NCBI GenBank assembly: GCA_017649645.1
Contig: JAGCGK010000124.1
Span: 52,658 to 116,657, forward strand
Source: Clostridiales bacterium
GTDB taxonomy: Bacteria > Bacillota > Clostridia > Saccharofermentanales > Saccharofermentanaceae
Length of the DNA: 64,000 nt
Direction of reading: 5' to 3'
The position numbers were made by a program, and so were the translations under genes. This document shows positions 1 to 10,722 of this stretch, one piece after another (position 1 is the first letter of the stretch; each line of letters starts with the position of its first letter). Below the pieces are notes generated by a model. The model saw only the letters and a list, made by a program, of their open reading frames with translations. It did no database searches and had not been told where the DNA came from.

Positions 1-545
1 AGCGCAACCGGAATATAAAACAGGAACGAAAGTGTCGTATAAAGCCACAATCTGCTTAAGTATCTGTCTTCTTTTCGAACAATGAAATAAAGATAAACGA
101 CAATGCCTCCGATTAAAATGAAAGGCAGATTACGTAATACTGCCCAGAGCACGGAACCTTCACCCGTGAACCAGTTATTACCCGGAGCCAGACAAAGAGC
201 GATCCTTAAGGCCGCGAGAACATATATCGCTATCCCAATGCTGTTGGTCTTCTTATCATTCTTATGATAGACACTCTTATAAAGTAAGAAGACCAGAATA
301 TAGAAGATCGTCATGGTAATCGAAGTAACAAGCTTACCGAATCCCAAGTACCATGTGAAATCGTTATCAATAAAATAATTTAAAACTCTCGGAACAAGAT
401 GGAATGAATCACCGATACCAAGTACCAGTGCTGCCGTTCCCATGAGGACATCATTCTTGTTGCGATGCTTTATAAGGATAATGATTCCTGTAAGTATCGC
501 AAAGATAAGATACAAGATATCAAATGAAGATTCACCGTATTTCAT
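1..545 (-). CDS. Conserved multi-pass membrane protein, 3' end outside window
   Basis: Manual translation from ATG at 545: MKYGESSFDILYLIFAILTGIIILIK...LGIGDSFHLVPRVL...; several hydrophobic helices; absent from ORF track because it runs off the window edge. Confidence 0.75.
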   Translation of the reverse strand, partial: MKYGESSFDILYLIFAILTGIIILIKHRNKNDVLMGTAALVLGIGDSFHLVPRVLNYFIDNDFTWYLGFGKLVTSITMTIFYILVFLLYKSVYHKNDKKTNSIGIAIYVLAALRIALCLAPGNNWFTGEGSVLWAVLRNLPFILIGGIVVYLYFIVRKEDRYLSRLWLYTTLSFLFYIPVA

Positions 546-596
546 AATTAATTACCGCAGAAATATAAAGGGATGAACTCTGACAACCTCATTATA

Positions 597-1085
597 TCAT
601 TTATCCGTTATCATCTTTGCTATGTGCTCAATAGAAAAACCGTCTGTATTTATGATGTTATCCATCAAAGCAAAAGAAGGAAGCGATCTAAGGCTTATAT
701 TAAGCCATTCATCAGTTCTCCATTCGCATTCTTTATCACTATTCCAGCGACTTATGAGCTCATCTTTTTCACAGATCAATGTATATGGCTTAGGCTCTAT
801 ATCAAGTTCAGTAATCCCTTCTAAGATCTGTTTTACGATCTTAGGATCATCCATAAGCCACACCAATACGACCATGTTGCACACTGAACACTTTTGGTAG
901 TTTTCGATCATATGAAGGATATTATCAACTGCCATGGCTCGGGTTTCCTGATTTCCGACAAAAGGATGAATATCCATACACCAGTCACCGTCTATAAAAG
1001 CAGTTCCCGGATTATGTTCAGCGATGTATTTTCCTACCGTAGTTTTGCCGACTCCCATTGGTCCGTTAAGAATGATAACCTTCAT
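597..1085 (-). CDS. Small P-loop NTPase / nucleotide kinase-like (AAA_18/AAA_33-like)
   Basis: N-terminal Walker A GPMGVGKT, followed by FIDGDW. Confidence 0.75.
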   Translation of the reverse strand: MKVIILNGPMGVGKTTVGKYIAEHNPGTAFIDGDWCMDIHPFVGNQETRAMAVDNILHMIENYQKCSVCNMVVLVWLMDDPKIVKQILEGITELDIEPKPYTLICEKDELISRWNSDKECEWRTDEWLNISLRSLPSFALMDNIINTDGFSIEHIAKMITDK

Positions 1086-1106
1086 TTTCTACTCCCGATC
1101 ATATCT

Positions 1107-1478
1107 TTAATACAACTGATCCCACTTGATAGAATCCGATCTGCCTTTATCCTTGTAAAAATCCAAAAGTGCTTTTAAAGCATCTTCTTTGCTGATGACC
1201 TGACAAGCATGCACCTCATATTGACCATCGCAAAATGTAACAAATTCTCCGTTGTAGTCTCCGCTACAAGATGCATAGCAGCTTTCATCCTCACCAAAGT
1301 GATTTAAGGAAACTCCCGTTGAATTAACTAAGATCCCCATGCATGGATACTCATCAGTATCACCTTTTTCGGACACCCAAATCTCAGATGAATCAAGGGA
1401 TAACTGTTGCTTTATAACCTTTTCAAATTCATCAATGGTTTCACACGATATGTTATTGTGGTCAACTGATACTATCAT
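1107..1478 (-). CDS. Imm1-like immunity protein
   Basis: 123 aa acidic protein ending ISKEDALKALLDFYKDKGRSDSIKW, resembling the Imm1 C-terminal A..F...G.R...W pattern. Confidence 0.55.
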   Translation of the reverse strand: MIVSVDHNNISCETIDEFEKVIKQQLSLDSSEIWVSEKGDTDEYPCMGILVNSTGVSLNHFGEDESCYASCSGDYNGEFVTFCDGQYEVHACQVISKEDALKALLDFYKDKGRSDSIKWDQLY

Positions 1479-1812
1479 CCGAAAATATTCCCATTGTCCC
1501 GACTATGGCTGCAGCTGTGCCGACATAGTCATTACATTTGCCGCTTAGAAAACCTCGAAGTTCTCCACACTTAAGATACTTATGTTTCTCAATAAATCTT
1601 TTCTCAAACTCAGCGATATCCTCTTCTGTTCCGCCCATCTCACGTATAGTCTGTTCAGCAGCCAGTACAGCTCCGCACATACCGCCATTATCTCTGGGCC
1701 TTGGAGGATTCTTCTTATTCGGATTATCTATGCTTAATGCATCATATACAGCCATGGCACAATTCATACCGCTACGGTGATTATTCCTGGCTATGGTTTC
1801 ATGATCGATCAC
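1462..1812 (-). CDS. C_GCAxxG_C_C family putative redox protein
   Basis: MNCAMAV, GGMCGAV, KCGEL and KCNDY cysteine motifs. Confidence 0.8.
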   Translation of the reverse strand: MIDHETIARNNHRSGMNCAMAVYDALSIDNPNKKNPPRPRDNGGMCGAVLAAEQTIREMGGTEEDIAEFEKRFIEKHKYLKCGELRGFLSGKCNDYVGTAAAIVGTMGIFSDDSIS

Positions 1813-1872
1813 TTCATTGCCACCTTCCTGCAGACTTCACATCAATTCATTAAGATTATATACCAGTTATTT

Positions 1873-2472
1873 TCAGTCTTCAGATGAATTCAATAACGAT
1901 TCATATCGTTCTTTAGTTAAGACCTTAGAAAGTTCAGCCATAGCCTTACCATACTCATTTTCATAATGTGAGAAGGAATCTTTTTTCTGAAGTTTGAAGC
2001 CCAATGAGATATATAGAAGGATAGCTTTCCAGCTCCATGGCTGTGTGTGAATATATACGGGAAGCGCATCATTTTCTTCATATATATTCATAACAGCGGT
2101 ACTTAGCGCCCTTCCGATACCCATTCCCTGATACTTCTCGTCAACAACAAGCCAATGTAAAGAAGAGACAAACTTATCTTCTTTTCTATCTTTCCATGCA
2201 ATGCACGAACCCACTACGTCATTATCCTTGTTCAAAGCGAAAAGGATATGTGTTAGCAGATCAGGATCCTGAAGATATGACTCAACAAAGTACTTCTCTG
2301 CTTCCTCAACTGATCCGAAATCTTCAATGGAACACTCCAGCTTAGCCCATTCTTTCTCATAGCCGGATCGATAAGAAACAATAGAAAAACCTTCAGGTAA
2401 TTCTATTTCTCTTTTCCTGTAATCAGAGCATTTCAATATCGTGTTATAAAACGGGATAGTCCTATCGAGCAC
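1873..2472 (-). CDS. GNAT family N-acetyltransferase
   Basis: Acetyl-CoA motif VDEKYQGMGIG; AILLYISLGF. Confidence 0.85.
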   Translation of the reverse strand: MLDRTIPFYNTILKCSDYRKREIELPEGFSIVSYRSGYEKEWAKLECSIEDFGSVEEAEKYFVESYLQDPDLLTHILFALNKDNDVVGSCIAWKDRKEDKFVSSLHWLVVDEKYQGMGIGRALSTAVMNIYEENDALPVYIHTQPWSWKAILLYISLGFKLQKKDSFSHYENEYGKAMAELSKVLTKERYESLLNSSED

Positions 2473-2545
2473 AATACTCCTCCAAAATCGGGTTTATTTT
2501 CGATCCTTACGATTCGATTATACCATTCCTAAAACAATTCACCGG

Positions 2546-2580
2546 GAAAAATAACCCCATATCGTTTCCGATACAGGGTT
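2546..2580 (-). terminator. Probable intrinsic terminator after tRNA-Leu
   Basis: Hairpin AACCCtgTATCG-gaaa-CGATAtgGGGTT then TATTTTT on minus strand. Confidence 0.6.
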
Positions 2581-2587
2581 GGTATTG

Positions 2588-2670
2588 TGGTGCGGATGAC
2601 AGGACTTGAACCTGCACACTTTCGTACTGGAACCTAAATCCAGCGTGTCTGCCAATTTCACCACATCCGC
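2588..2670 (-). tRNA. tRNA-Leu (anticodon TAG)
   Basis: Reverse complement GCGGATGTGGTGAAATTGGCAGACACGCTGGATTTAGGTTCCAGT...GGTTCAAGTCCTGTCATCCGCACCA: D arm, CTGGA/TCCAG anticodon stem with TAG, long variable arm, T loop, encoded CCA. Confidence 0.97.
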
Positions 2671-2723
2671 TAGACAGCTTAACTATTGTAACACATTATT
2701 TCGATTACAAAAGGATAATCTGC

Positions 2724-3098
2724 TTATTCAACTTCTTCAAGACAGGATGCATCAATAATATATCCATTGTCCTGCATGATGTAGTGACCATCAGTTGATA
2801 CACCGAGAATACACATGCCTTCGGTATATTCATCGATCTCTTCTGTTGCAGATGTATCAGAATAAACCTTGACATCCTTCTTAACTTCGAAGAGCTTAGC
2901 CTCTTCAAACTCGACGTTGTTCTCAACATCGTAAGGAGCAGCCGTCTCTTCTGTACTAGGTGTAGTAGAAGCAGCCGTATCGATTACGACCGTAACATCA
3001 GAAGTCTCACCGGAATCCTTAGAACCGCATGCTGCGAATAAAAATGCGGAAGCAACTGACAAACTGAGAATAATTGCAAATATCTTAATACTTTTCAT
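2724..3098 (-). CDS. Lipoprotein with possible C-terminal SH3b-like domain
   Basis: Signal peptide with lipobox FAAC, Thr-rich linker, small beta-rich C-terminal domain. Confidence 0.6.
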   Translation of the reverse strand: MKSIKIFAIILSLSVASAFLFAACGSKDSGETSDVTVVIDTAASTTPSTEETAAPYDVENNVEFEEAKLFEVKKDVKVYSDTSATEEIDEYTEGMCILGVSTDGHYIMQDNGYIIDASCLEEVE

Positions 3099-3109
3099 AA
3101 TAACCCCCC

Positions 3110-4081
3110 TTATAAAATAATAACTCCAAACTCCCTCATAAAGACAAATGCCATGTAAGCAGCATATATCAATAACATTATGATACCATCAATTCGCTTA
3201 AATTTCTTGAAAGCAAATACAAATATGCCGCAAAATGCTGTTATACCCAAACAGATGATCGTATCTACCAAGTTTCCTTTGGACAGATTTCCGATCGGAT
3301 TGATGAAACTTGAGACACCTAATACAAACAAGATATTGAAGATATTAGAACCTACTACATTTCCGAGAGCAATTCCGTTTTCGCCCTTTCTCGAAGCTAC
3401 AACAGATGTTGCAAGTTCCGGAAGTGACGTTCCGAATGCTACTATCGTAAGTCCGATGATCGTATCGGATACACCGAGAAGTTTTGCAAAGAATGAACAA
3501 CTCTTAACGATACCCCTTGAACTTAAGTAGATACATACAACTGAGAGCACGACCTTCAAAAGACTTAAAACAACGCGCTTTCCGGATACCTTAGCATTAT
3601 CTTCATCTGACTTAAGTGACGAAGCCTTTACTGATAAGACGATAAGTAAGATTACATAACTTACTACCAATGCAAAAAGGATAATACCTTCGATCCTCGT
3701 GATCTTAAGATCTCTTACGAAGAATATCAGTAACGCCGAAAACAATATGCAGAGAGGATAGTCTCTCTTACGTATTTCCTCATCAACGGCAAATCCTCTT
3801 ATGGCAGCACAAAGACCTACAACTACAAGAAGATTGAATGTGTTAGAACCAACTACGTTGGAAATGGAAAGTTTATCCATTCCGAGTACTGATGATGTGA
3901 TACTGACACCTGCCTCAGGAGCACTCGTTCCGAAAGCTACGATGGTAAGTCCGATGATGACTGATGGTATCCTAAGTGCCTTGGCTATATCAGATGCTCC
4001 GTCAACCAAAACGTCTGCACCTTTCACCAAGACTACAAAGCACAAAATCAATAAACCTGCATTAAGCAATATACTTGTCAT
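3110..4081 (-). CDS. Calcium/sodium antiporter (YrbG/CaCA family)
   Basis: Two alpha-repeats: GTSAPE...GSNTFN and GTSLPE...GSNIFN. Confidence 0.93.
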   Translation of the reverse strand: MTSILLNAGLLILCFVVLVKGADVLVDGASDIAKALRIPSVIIGLTIVAFGTSAPEAGVSITSSVLGMDKLSISNVVGSNTFNLLVVVGLCAAIRGFAVDEEIRKRDYPLCILFSALLIFFVRDLKITRIEGIILFALVVSYVILLIVLSVKASSLKSDEDNAKVSGKRVVLSLLKVVLSVVCIYLSSRGIVKSCSFFAKLLGVSDTIIGLTIVAFGTSLPELATSVVASRKGENGIALGNVVGSNIFNILFVLGVSSFINPIGNLSKGNLVDTIICLGITAFCGIFVFAFKKFKRIDGIIMLLIYAAYMAFVFMREFGVIIL

Positions 4082-5886
4082 TCGCTATCAAGTTTGAGAA
4101 CGCTCATAAATGCTTCCTGAGGAACCTCGATGGAGCCTACCTGACGCATTCTCTTCTTTCCTTCCTTCTGTTTTTCGAGGAGTTTCTTCTTACGTGTAAT
4201 ATCACCGCCGTAACACTTGGCAAGAACGTCCTTACGGTATGCCTTGATAGTCTCACGGGCAATGATCTTACCTCCGATACAAGCCTGAATAGGTACTTCA
4301 AACTGCTGTCTCGGGATATTCTCCTTAAGTTTCTCGGCCATTCTTCTGCCTCTTGCATATGCCTTATCCTTATGCACGATAAATGACAATGCATCAACAG
4401 GATCGCCGTTAAGAAGGATATCGAGCTTAACGAGACTGCTTCTGTCGTAGCCGTCCATCTCATAATCCAAAGAAGCATATCCTCTTGTTCTGGATTTCAG
4501 TGTATCGAAAAAGTCATATATGATCTCGTTAAGAGGCATCCTGTAGTGGAGCATGACTCTGACATCATCCATATATGTCATGTCTTTATATTCACCGCGT
4601 CTGTCCTGGCAAACTTCCATAATGTTTCCTACATATTCCTTAGGAAGCATTATCGTGGCCTTTACCATCGGCTCTTCGATATACTCGATCTCCGAAGGAT
4701 CAGGCATGTTTGTCGGGTTATCCATGTTTATGACTGTTCCGTCCAGCTTATGGATCTTATAGATAACCGAAGGAGCAGTACTTATAAGATCGAGATTAAA
4801 CTCTCTTTCCAATCTTTCCTGAATAACTTCATAGTGCAAAAGACCCAGGAAACCGCATCTGAAACCGAAGCCCAATGCTGCGGATGTCTCTGCTTCAAAT
4901 GATAAAGCTGCATCGTTTAAGCGGAGCTTTTCGAGAGCATCACGAAGGTCACCGTATTTTGCACCGTCTACAGGATAAAGTCCGCAGAATACCATCTGCT
5001 GGATTCCCTTGTAACCGAGCAAAGGCTCATCTGCAGGATTTTCTGCAAGAGTTACGGTATCACCCGGAGCCGTATCTCTTACGTTCTTGATGGATGCGCA
5101 GATATAGCCAACTTCGCCGGCTTTAAGCTCATCAGAAGGAACATACTCACCCGGATGGAAATATCCGAGTTCAGTTACCTGGAATTCTTTTCCGGTATGC
5201 ATCATGAGGATCTTGTCACCCATCTTGACGCTTCCTTCTTTAACACGAACGCTTACGATAACACCTTTGTATGAATCATACTTGGAGTCGAAGATCAAAG
5301 CTCTGAACGGCTTATTCTCGTCTCCTGAAGGTGCAGGAAGATACTCGATGATCGACTCAAGAACTTCGTCGATCCCGATATCATTTTTAGCTGAAATAAG
5401 AGGAGCATAAGATGCATCGATTCCGATAACATCTTCTATCTCATTACGAACTACCTCAGGCTGAGCCGAAGGAAGATCTATCTTGTTGATTACCGGCAAT
5501 ACCTCGAGATCGTTTTCTACAGCAAGATAAACGTTAGCGAGTGTCTGTGCCTCAACGCCCTGTGCTGCATCTACGATAAGGACTGCTCCGTCACAGGCAG
5601 CAAGGCTTCTTGAAACCTCATAGTTAAAGTCAACGTGGCCCGGAGTGTCTATGAGATTAAGCATGTACGTATTGCCGTCTTTTGCTTTGTAGCTCATTCT
5701 CGTAGCCTGAGCTTTGATTGTTATTCCGCGCTCACGCTCGATCGCCATGTTATCGAGAATCTGAGACTGCATCTCACGTTTCTCCTTAACACCTGTATGT
5801 TCGATAAGGCGGTCGGCAAGCGTAGACTTACCGTGATCGATATGCGCAATAATACAGAAATTACGTATAAGATCCTGTCTATCCAT
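4078..5886 (-). CDS. lepA: Elongation factor 4
   Basis: [31 protein letters not shown]-terminal [24 protein letters not shown]. Confidence 0.99.
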   Translation of the reverse strand: MDRQDLIRNFCIIAHIDHGKSTLADRLIEHTGVKEKREMQSQILDNMAIERERGITIKAQATRMSYKAKDGNTYMLNLIDTPGHVDFNYEVSRSLAACDGAVLIVDAAQGVEAQTLANVYLAVENDLEVLPVINKIDLPSAQPEVVRNEIEDVIGIDASYAPLISAKNDIGIDEVLESIIEYLPAPSGDENKPFRALIFDSKYDSYKGVIVSVRVKEGSVKMGDKILMMHTGKEFQVTELGYFHPGEYVPSDELKAGEVGYICASIKNVRDTAPGDTVTLAENPADEPLLGYKGIQQMVFCGLYPVDGAKYGDLRDALEKLRLNDAALSFEAETSAALGFGFRCGFLGLLHYEVIQERLEREFNLDLISTAPSVIYKIHKLDGTVINMDNPTNMPDPSEIEYIEEPMVKATIMLPKEYVGNIMEVCQDRRGEYKDMTYMDDVRVMLHYRMPLNEIIYDFFDTLKSRTRGYASLDYEMDGYDRSSLVKLDILLNGDPVDALSFIVHKDKAYARGRRMAEKLKENIPRQQFEVPIQACIGGKIIARETIKAYRKDVLAKCYGGDITRKKKLLEKQKEGKKRMRQVGSIEVPQEAFMSVLKLDSE

Positions 5887-5910
5887 AAATTACTATTCCT
5901 TCACCTCAGA

Positions 5911-6711
5911 TCAACTTACTTTTCCAATAGAACTGAACGGATAAACTCTTATAAGAGCGATACCCTTGATCCTGTCAGCAGAAAATGGTCCGAGATTACG
6001 GCTGTCATTACTTACCATACGGTTATCACCCATGCAGTAATATTCGTCGTCTCCCAATGTAATCTCGTTATATCCGTTGGTCCAGCCGGAACCGGAAACT
6101 GTTGTTAATGTTCCTGCCGCAAGATAATCTTCTTGCAATTCAGCGAACAACTCTGAATCCTTTTTCTTGATGAAAACCTTACCGTTCTCGATCTTAATGG
6201 TCTCACCCGGAAGTCCGATAACACGCTTGATGAGATACTCATCATGGTCGTATCCTTCCATATTGGAACCGTCAAGGATAACGACATCTCCTCTGTCGAA
6301 ATTATCGAAATAAGTCGATATCTTTTCTGCAAAGATAACATCTCCCTCATGTAAAGTCGGGTTCATTGAAGAACCGTAAACGTTGTTTCTCTGAATAACG
6401 AAAACAACAAGGAATACACCGATCAAAACACCGATGCAGATCGACTTCAACCAACCAAGACCGTTAAATACCGCTTTTTCGGTATCAGGTTTGGTCTCCC
6501 ATGAAGGAAGTTCATCTTTTTTCTCATCTTCCTGTTCTTCCTCGGGTTCATCCATGAAAACAGTAGGACGTCTTTCAGTAGTCTCCTCTTCCTCTTCAAC
6601 ATTCGTATCTTCGATCATCTCAGCATTTCTCTTCTCGCTGAGTTCGTTGGCCTGTTCACTAAGCTTAAGGAGAGCATCTCTCTCGTTATTTCTTTCTTCT
6701 GCTGATTTCAT
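5911..6711 (-). CDS. lepB: Signal peptidase I with acidic N-terminal extension
   Basis: GSSMNPTL (catalytic Ser), IKRVIGLPGE (Lys), MGDNRMVSNDSR. Confidence 0.95.
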   Translation of the reverse strand: MKSAEERNNERDALLKLSEQANELSEKRNAEMIEDTNVEEEEETTERRPTVFMDEPEEEQEDEKKDELPSWETKPDTEKAVFNGLGWLKSICIGVLIGVFLVVFVIQRNNVYGSSMNPTLHEGDVIFAEKISTYFDNFDRGDVVILDGSNMEGYDHDEYLIKRVIGLPGETIKIENGKVFIKKKDSELFAELQEDYLAAGTLTTVSGSGWTNGYNEITLGDDEYYCMGDNRMVSNDSRNLGPFSADRIKGIALIRVYPFSSIGKVS

Positions 6712-6738
6712 TAGTCTACCCTTTCATTTTTTCCTTCA

Positions 6739-8550
6739 TTAATCGAAAACTGCTTCGTCATCGATATCGCTTTCATGAACAGACTCACTTACCTCAATAC
6801 CGAGATCTTTGAGCTGCTGCTCCTCAACAGGAGCAGGTGCTTCTGTCATAAGGTCTGAAGAGTTCTGTACCTTAGGGAAAGCGATAACTTCTCTGATGCT
6901 CTGGCAATTAGCCATGAGCATTACCATACGGTCAAGACCATAAGCAAGACCACCGTGCGGCGGTACACCGTATGTAAATGCATCGAGAAGGAATCCGAAC
7001 TGTTCCTGTGCTCTTTCTTCTGTAAATCCGAGAGCCTTGAATACTCTCATCTGCATCTCTCTGTTGTGGATACGGATAGAACCGCCTCCGAGCTCACAAC
7101 CGTTCAATACGATATCGTAAGCCTTGGATCTAACCTTGCCCTTGTCGCTCTCGAGGAAATCGAGATCCTCATCCATAGGAGAAGTGAACGGATGGTGCTT
7201 AGCAACATATCTGTCTTCTTCCTCTGAATATTCGAACATAGGGAACTCTGTAACCCAGCAGAGCTTAAAGTCATTAGGATCGATAAGGTCGAGCTTCTTA
7301 GCTGCCTCGATACGAAGAGCACCGAGAGAGATCATAGGAACCTCACCGTTATCAGCTACTATGCAGATAAGGTCTTCATCGCCTGCACCTGTTACGCTCT
7401 TAAGCTCAGCAATGTTCTCAGGTGTAAGGAACTTAAGGAAAGATCCGCGTGGCTCAGCTGAAGGAACGAGCCATGCCATTCCCTTAGCCTTATATGTCTT
7501 ACAGACTTCACCCAAAGCATCGATCTCTTTTCTGGAGAACTTAGCGCCGCCCGGGATAACGATGCATCTTACGCTTCCGCCTGCTTCAAGAGCACCCTTG
7601 AATACTACGAAATCGATCTTGGAAGCTACATCAGAGATATTCTGAAGTTCCATACCGAATCTGAGATCAGGCTTATCGGAACCGTAACGATCCATAGCCT
7701 CAGAGTAAGGAATACGTCTTATCGGAAGTTCGATATCAACGCCGATAGCTTCCTTGAATACTCTTACGAGGAATCCCTCTGTGCAGTTCATAACGTCATC
7801 ACAGTCAACGAAGCTCATCTCCAAGTCTACCTGTGTGAACTCAGGCTGTCTGTCAGCACGGAGGTCCTCATCACGGAAACACTTAGCGATCTGGAAATAC
7901 TTGTCGTAACCTGCGAGCATCAAAAGCTGCTTATAAAGTTGAGGAGACTGCGGAAGAGCAAAGAATGAACCGTTCTTGATACGGCTTGGTACGAGGTAGT
8001 CACGTGCTCCCTCAGGTGTGCTCTTACCGAGGATAGGTGTCTCGATCTCGATAAAGCCCTGCTCATCGTAGTAGTCACGAGCGATCTTAGCGATCTTGTG
8101 ACGGAGCATGAGGTTTCTTTGCATATTAGGTCTTCTGAGATCCAAGTATCTGTACTTAAGTCTCAAAGCCTCGTTAGCGTTGTCGTCTTCTTCGATATAG
8201 AAAGGAGTTGTCTGAGCCTCGGAAATGATGCGGAGCTCTTCAACATTAACCTCGATCATACCTGTCTTCATCTTCGGGTTCGGAGCACTTCTCAATGCTA
8301 CTGTACCTACGCATGCGAGAACGAATTCACTTCTGATCTTTGAAGCCTTTTCCTTGATCTCGTCGTTGGAGTCAGGAGAAACAACGAGCTGGATCTCGCC
8401 TGTTCTGTCTCTCAAAGTGATGAATGTAAGTCCGCCCAAGTCTCTTTGCTTGTGGCACCATCCCATAAGAGTGACTTTCTTTCCGATATCGCTCTCGGAA
8501 AGCTCCGCACACATTGATGTTCTCTTTAAACCTTGAATTGATTCTGCCAT
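6739..8550 (-). CDS. aspS: Aspartate--tRNA ligase
   Basis: STPEGARDYLVPSR, FRDEDLRADRQPEFTQ, PPHGGLAYGLDR. Confidence 0.98.
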   Translation of the reverse strand: MAESIQGLKRTSMCAELSESDIGKKVTLMGWCHKQRDLGGLTFITLRDRTGEIQLVVSPDSNDEIKEKASKIRSEFVLACVGTVALRSAPNPKMKTGMIEVNVEELRIISEAQTTPFYIEEDDNANEALRLKYRYLDLRRPNMQRNLMLRHKIAKIARDYYDEQGFIEIETPILGKSTPEGARDYLVPSRIKNGSFFALPQSPQLYKQLLMLAGYDKYFQIAKCFRDEDLRADRQPEFTQVDLEMSFVDCDDVMNCTEGFLVRVFKEAIGVDIELPIRRIPYSEAMDRYGSDKPDLRFGMELQNISDVASKIDFVVFKGALEAGGSVRCIVIPGGAKFSRKEIDALGEVCKTYKAKGMAWLVPSAEPRGSFLKFLTPENIAELKSVTGAGDEDLICIVADNGEVPMISLGALRIEAAKKLDLIDPNDFKLCWVTEFPMFEYSEEEDRYVAKHHPFTSPMDEDLDFLESDKGKVRSKAYDIVLNGCELGGGSIRIHNREMQMRVFKALGFTEERAQEQFGFLLDAFTYGVPPHGGLAYGLDRMVMLMANCQSIREVIAFPKVQNSSDLMTEAPAPVEEQQLKDLGIEVSESVHESDIDDEAVFD

Positions 8551-8572
8551 TTATATGTCACCGTTCCTTAAA

Positions 8573-9829
8573 TTATTTTTTCTCGAAAAAGCTCACTATC
8601 AAATCAAGAGCAACCTCTTCCTGTGAGCCGTCAGCCATGTTCTTGACATTAGCCTTGCCGTTTTTGACCTCATCCTCACCCAAAACGATAAGGTATGGGA
8701 TCCCGACCTTGTTAGCGTACTTCATCTGAGCCTTGAATGATCTTCCTACAAGATCTCTCTCGCAGCCGATGCCTGCCTTACGAAGATCAAGACAGAGCTT
8801 ACTGATCAATGGCTTAGCCTCATCACAGAGGTTAGCGAAATAAACCTGAACGTCGTTTGGCTTAGGGAACTCTATTCCCTGTGCCTCGCACTCCATGAGA
8901 AGTCTTTCAACACCCATACCGAATCCGATACCCGGAACATGTGTTCCGCCAAGGTCCTCGATAAGTCCGTCATATCTTCCGCCGCCGCAAATCGTTCCCT
9001 GTGTACCGACGTTCTCTGATACGAACTCGAATACCGTTCTTGTGTAGTAATCAAGTCCTCTTACGATACCCGGATCGATAGTATATTTGATACCCAGGTT
9101 ATCAAGTTCAGCCTTAAGTGATTCAAAGTGCTTATTACAATCTTCGCAGAGATAATCGATAAGTCTCGGTGCATCGACTGCGTACTTCTTGCAGCCTTCA
9201 ACCTTACAGTCGATCATACGAAGAGGATTCTTCTCAAATCTTGCCTTACAGTCAGCGCAAAGCTCATCCATGTGAGGTCTGAAGTAATCCTTCAATATCT
9301 CGTTGTACTTAGCGCGGCACGTCGGGCAGCCGATGGAGTTGATGCAAAGCTTTGTGTGCTTAACACCGAGCTTTTCGAAAAATACCGTAAGAAGCGATAT
9401 GATCTCAGCATCGATCTCCGGTCCTTCAGATCCGAAAGCCTCAAGACCGAACTGGTGGAACTCTCTCATTCTTCCCTTCTGTACGTTCTCGTATCTGAAT
9501 GCCGTGATGTTGTAGAACATCCTTACAGGACTTGCAAGACTTGTCATACCGTTCTCGATGAAGCTTCTTGCAACACCTGCAGTACCTTCAGGTCTTAATG
9601 TGATGGATCTTTTGCCCTTATCCTCAAAAGTGTACATTTCCTTTTGAACGACGTCAGTCGTGTCTCCTACACCTCTTTGGAACAGATCTGTCTGCTCGAA
9701 TGTAGGAACTCTTATTTCCTCGTAGCCGTAGGAATGGCAGACATCGGCGAAAGTCCTTTCAGCCTTATGCCAGCGGTAGATCTCCTGTGGCAAGATGTCT
9801 TTTGTTCCTTTCTGTGCTGCGTATCTCAT
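8573..9829 (-). CDS. hisS: Histidine--tRNA ligase
   Basis: LRPEGTAG, GRMREFHQ, RGLDYY, GGGRYDGL. Confidence 0.98.
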   Translation of the reverse strand: MRYAAQKGTKDILPQEIYRWHKAERTFADVCHSYGYEEIRVPTFEQTDLFQRGVGDTTDVVQKEMYTFEDKGKRSITLRPEGTAGVARSFIENGMTSLASPVRMFYNITAFRYENVQKGRMREFHQFGLEAFGSEGPEIDAEIISLLTVFFEKLGVKHTKLCINSIGCPTCRAKYNEILKDYFRPHMDELCADCKARFEKNPLRMIDCKVEGCKKYAVDAPRLIDYLCEDCNKHFESLKAELDNLGIKYTIDPGIVRGLDYYTRTVFEFVSENVGTQGTICGGGRYDGLIEDLGGTHVPGIGFGMGVERLLMECEAQGIEFPKPNDVQVYFANLCDEAKPLISKLCLDLRKAGIGCERDLVGRSFKAQMKYANKVGIPYLIVLGEDEVKNGKANVKNMADGSQEEVALDLIVSFFEKK

Positions 9830-9909
9830 GATAAATACTCCGTTTTCTAATAATAATATACCCGCGTATTATAATACTCATGCGCGTTTTAAACAATGCG
9901 CAATTTGGC

Positions 9910-10638
9910 TTAAATCTCCGTCTCGTAGACTATCATCGCCAAAACGGCTGCGCCTGCGGTCTCCGTTCTTAAGATCCTCGGACCCAGCGTAACTCTCAAA
10001 GCGCCCTTTTTAACGGCATCATCGGCTTCTTTCTGTTCATAGCCGCCCTCAGGACCTACAAAAAGTGCGATATTCTCGCCTTTGAACTCGCGAAGTGCTG
10101 ATTTAAGGCCTTTCTCGGTCTCTTCCTCCCATGGAAAAAGAGCCAGATCAAATGAGCCTATCTTGTCGATAGCTTCCGAAAAACTCATTGGAGAAGCAAC
10201 TTTCGGGACGATTCCGCGTCCGGACTGTCTTGAGGCTTCCAGGGCGATCTTCTGCCATCTGTCGATCTTTCCTTTGGTGTCTTTATCAAGCTTTACGACG
10301 CATCTTTCGGATAAGACAGGCACAATCTCGTAAACGCCCAGTTCCGTAGCCTTTTGGATCGTAAGATCCATCCTCTCGCCTTTTGAGACAGACTGGAACA
10401 AAGTAACTTTAAAAGGCGGCTCGCTCTTGTTTTCGCGACTTTCTCCGACATCAAGGATCACTTTCTTTTTGCCGATCTCACTTACGCTGCAAAGGTACTC
10501 GAGGCCCTTGCCGTCAACTACTGTTATCTCTTCACCTGTCCTCATTCGAAGGACCTGGGATATATAATGCGAATCTTCCTCATTAAGCTCAAGCGTTCTT
10601 TGATCCAAGAGCACTTCATCAACAAAAAGACGAGTCAT
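9910..10638 (-). CDS. rsmE: 16S rRNA m3U1498 methyltransferase
   Basis: QKATELG, EASRQS, VGPEGG, LGPRILRTETA. Confidence 0.96.
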   Translation of the reverse strand: MTRLFVDEVLLDQRTLELNEEDSHYISQVLRMRTGEEITVVDGKGLEYLCSVSEIGKKKVILDVGESRENKSEPPFKVTLFQSVSKGERMDLTIQKATELGVYEIVPVLSERCVVKLDKDTKGKIDRWQKIALEASRQSGRGIVPKVASPMSFSEAIDKIGSFDLALFPWEEETEKGLKSALREFKGENIALFVGPEGGYEQKEADDAVKKGALRVTLGPRILRTETAGAAVLAMIVYETEI

Positions 10639-10685
10639 AGGAACTCCTTTACGACGTTTTCTATGATTCTAACATATAAGGCATT

Positions 10686-10722
10686 AAAAAAGCCGTTCGA
10701 CGTTTAAGAATCGATACGGCTT
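10686..10722 (-). terminator. Probable intrinsic terminator after ThiD-like gene
   Basis: AAGCCG..TCGA/TCGA..CGGCTT stem followed by a T-run on minus strand. Confidence 0.6.

Noticed and set aside
2588-2670. tRNA-Leu as attachment site of a prophage or ICE
   Set aside because: No integrase and no duplicated tRNA 3' end inside the window
9830-9909. Possible T-box leader for hisS-aspS
   Set aside because: Only about 80 bp and no GGTGGNACCGCG T-box; contains just a TATAAT-type promoter element
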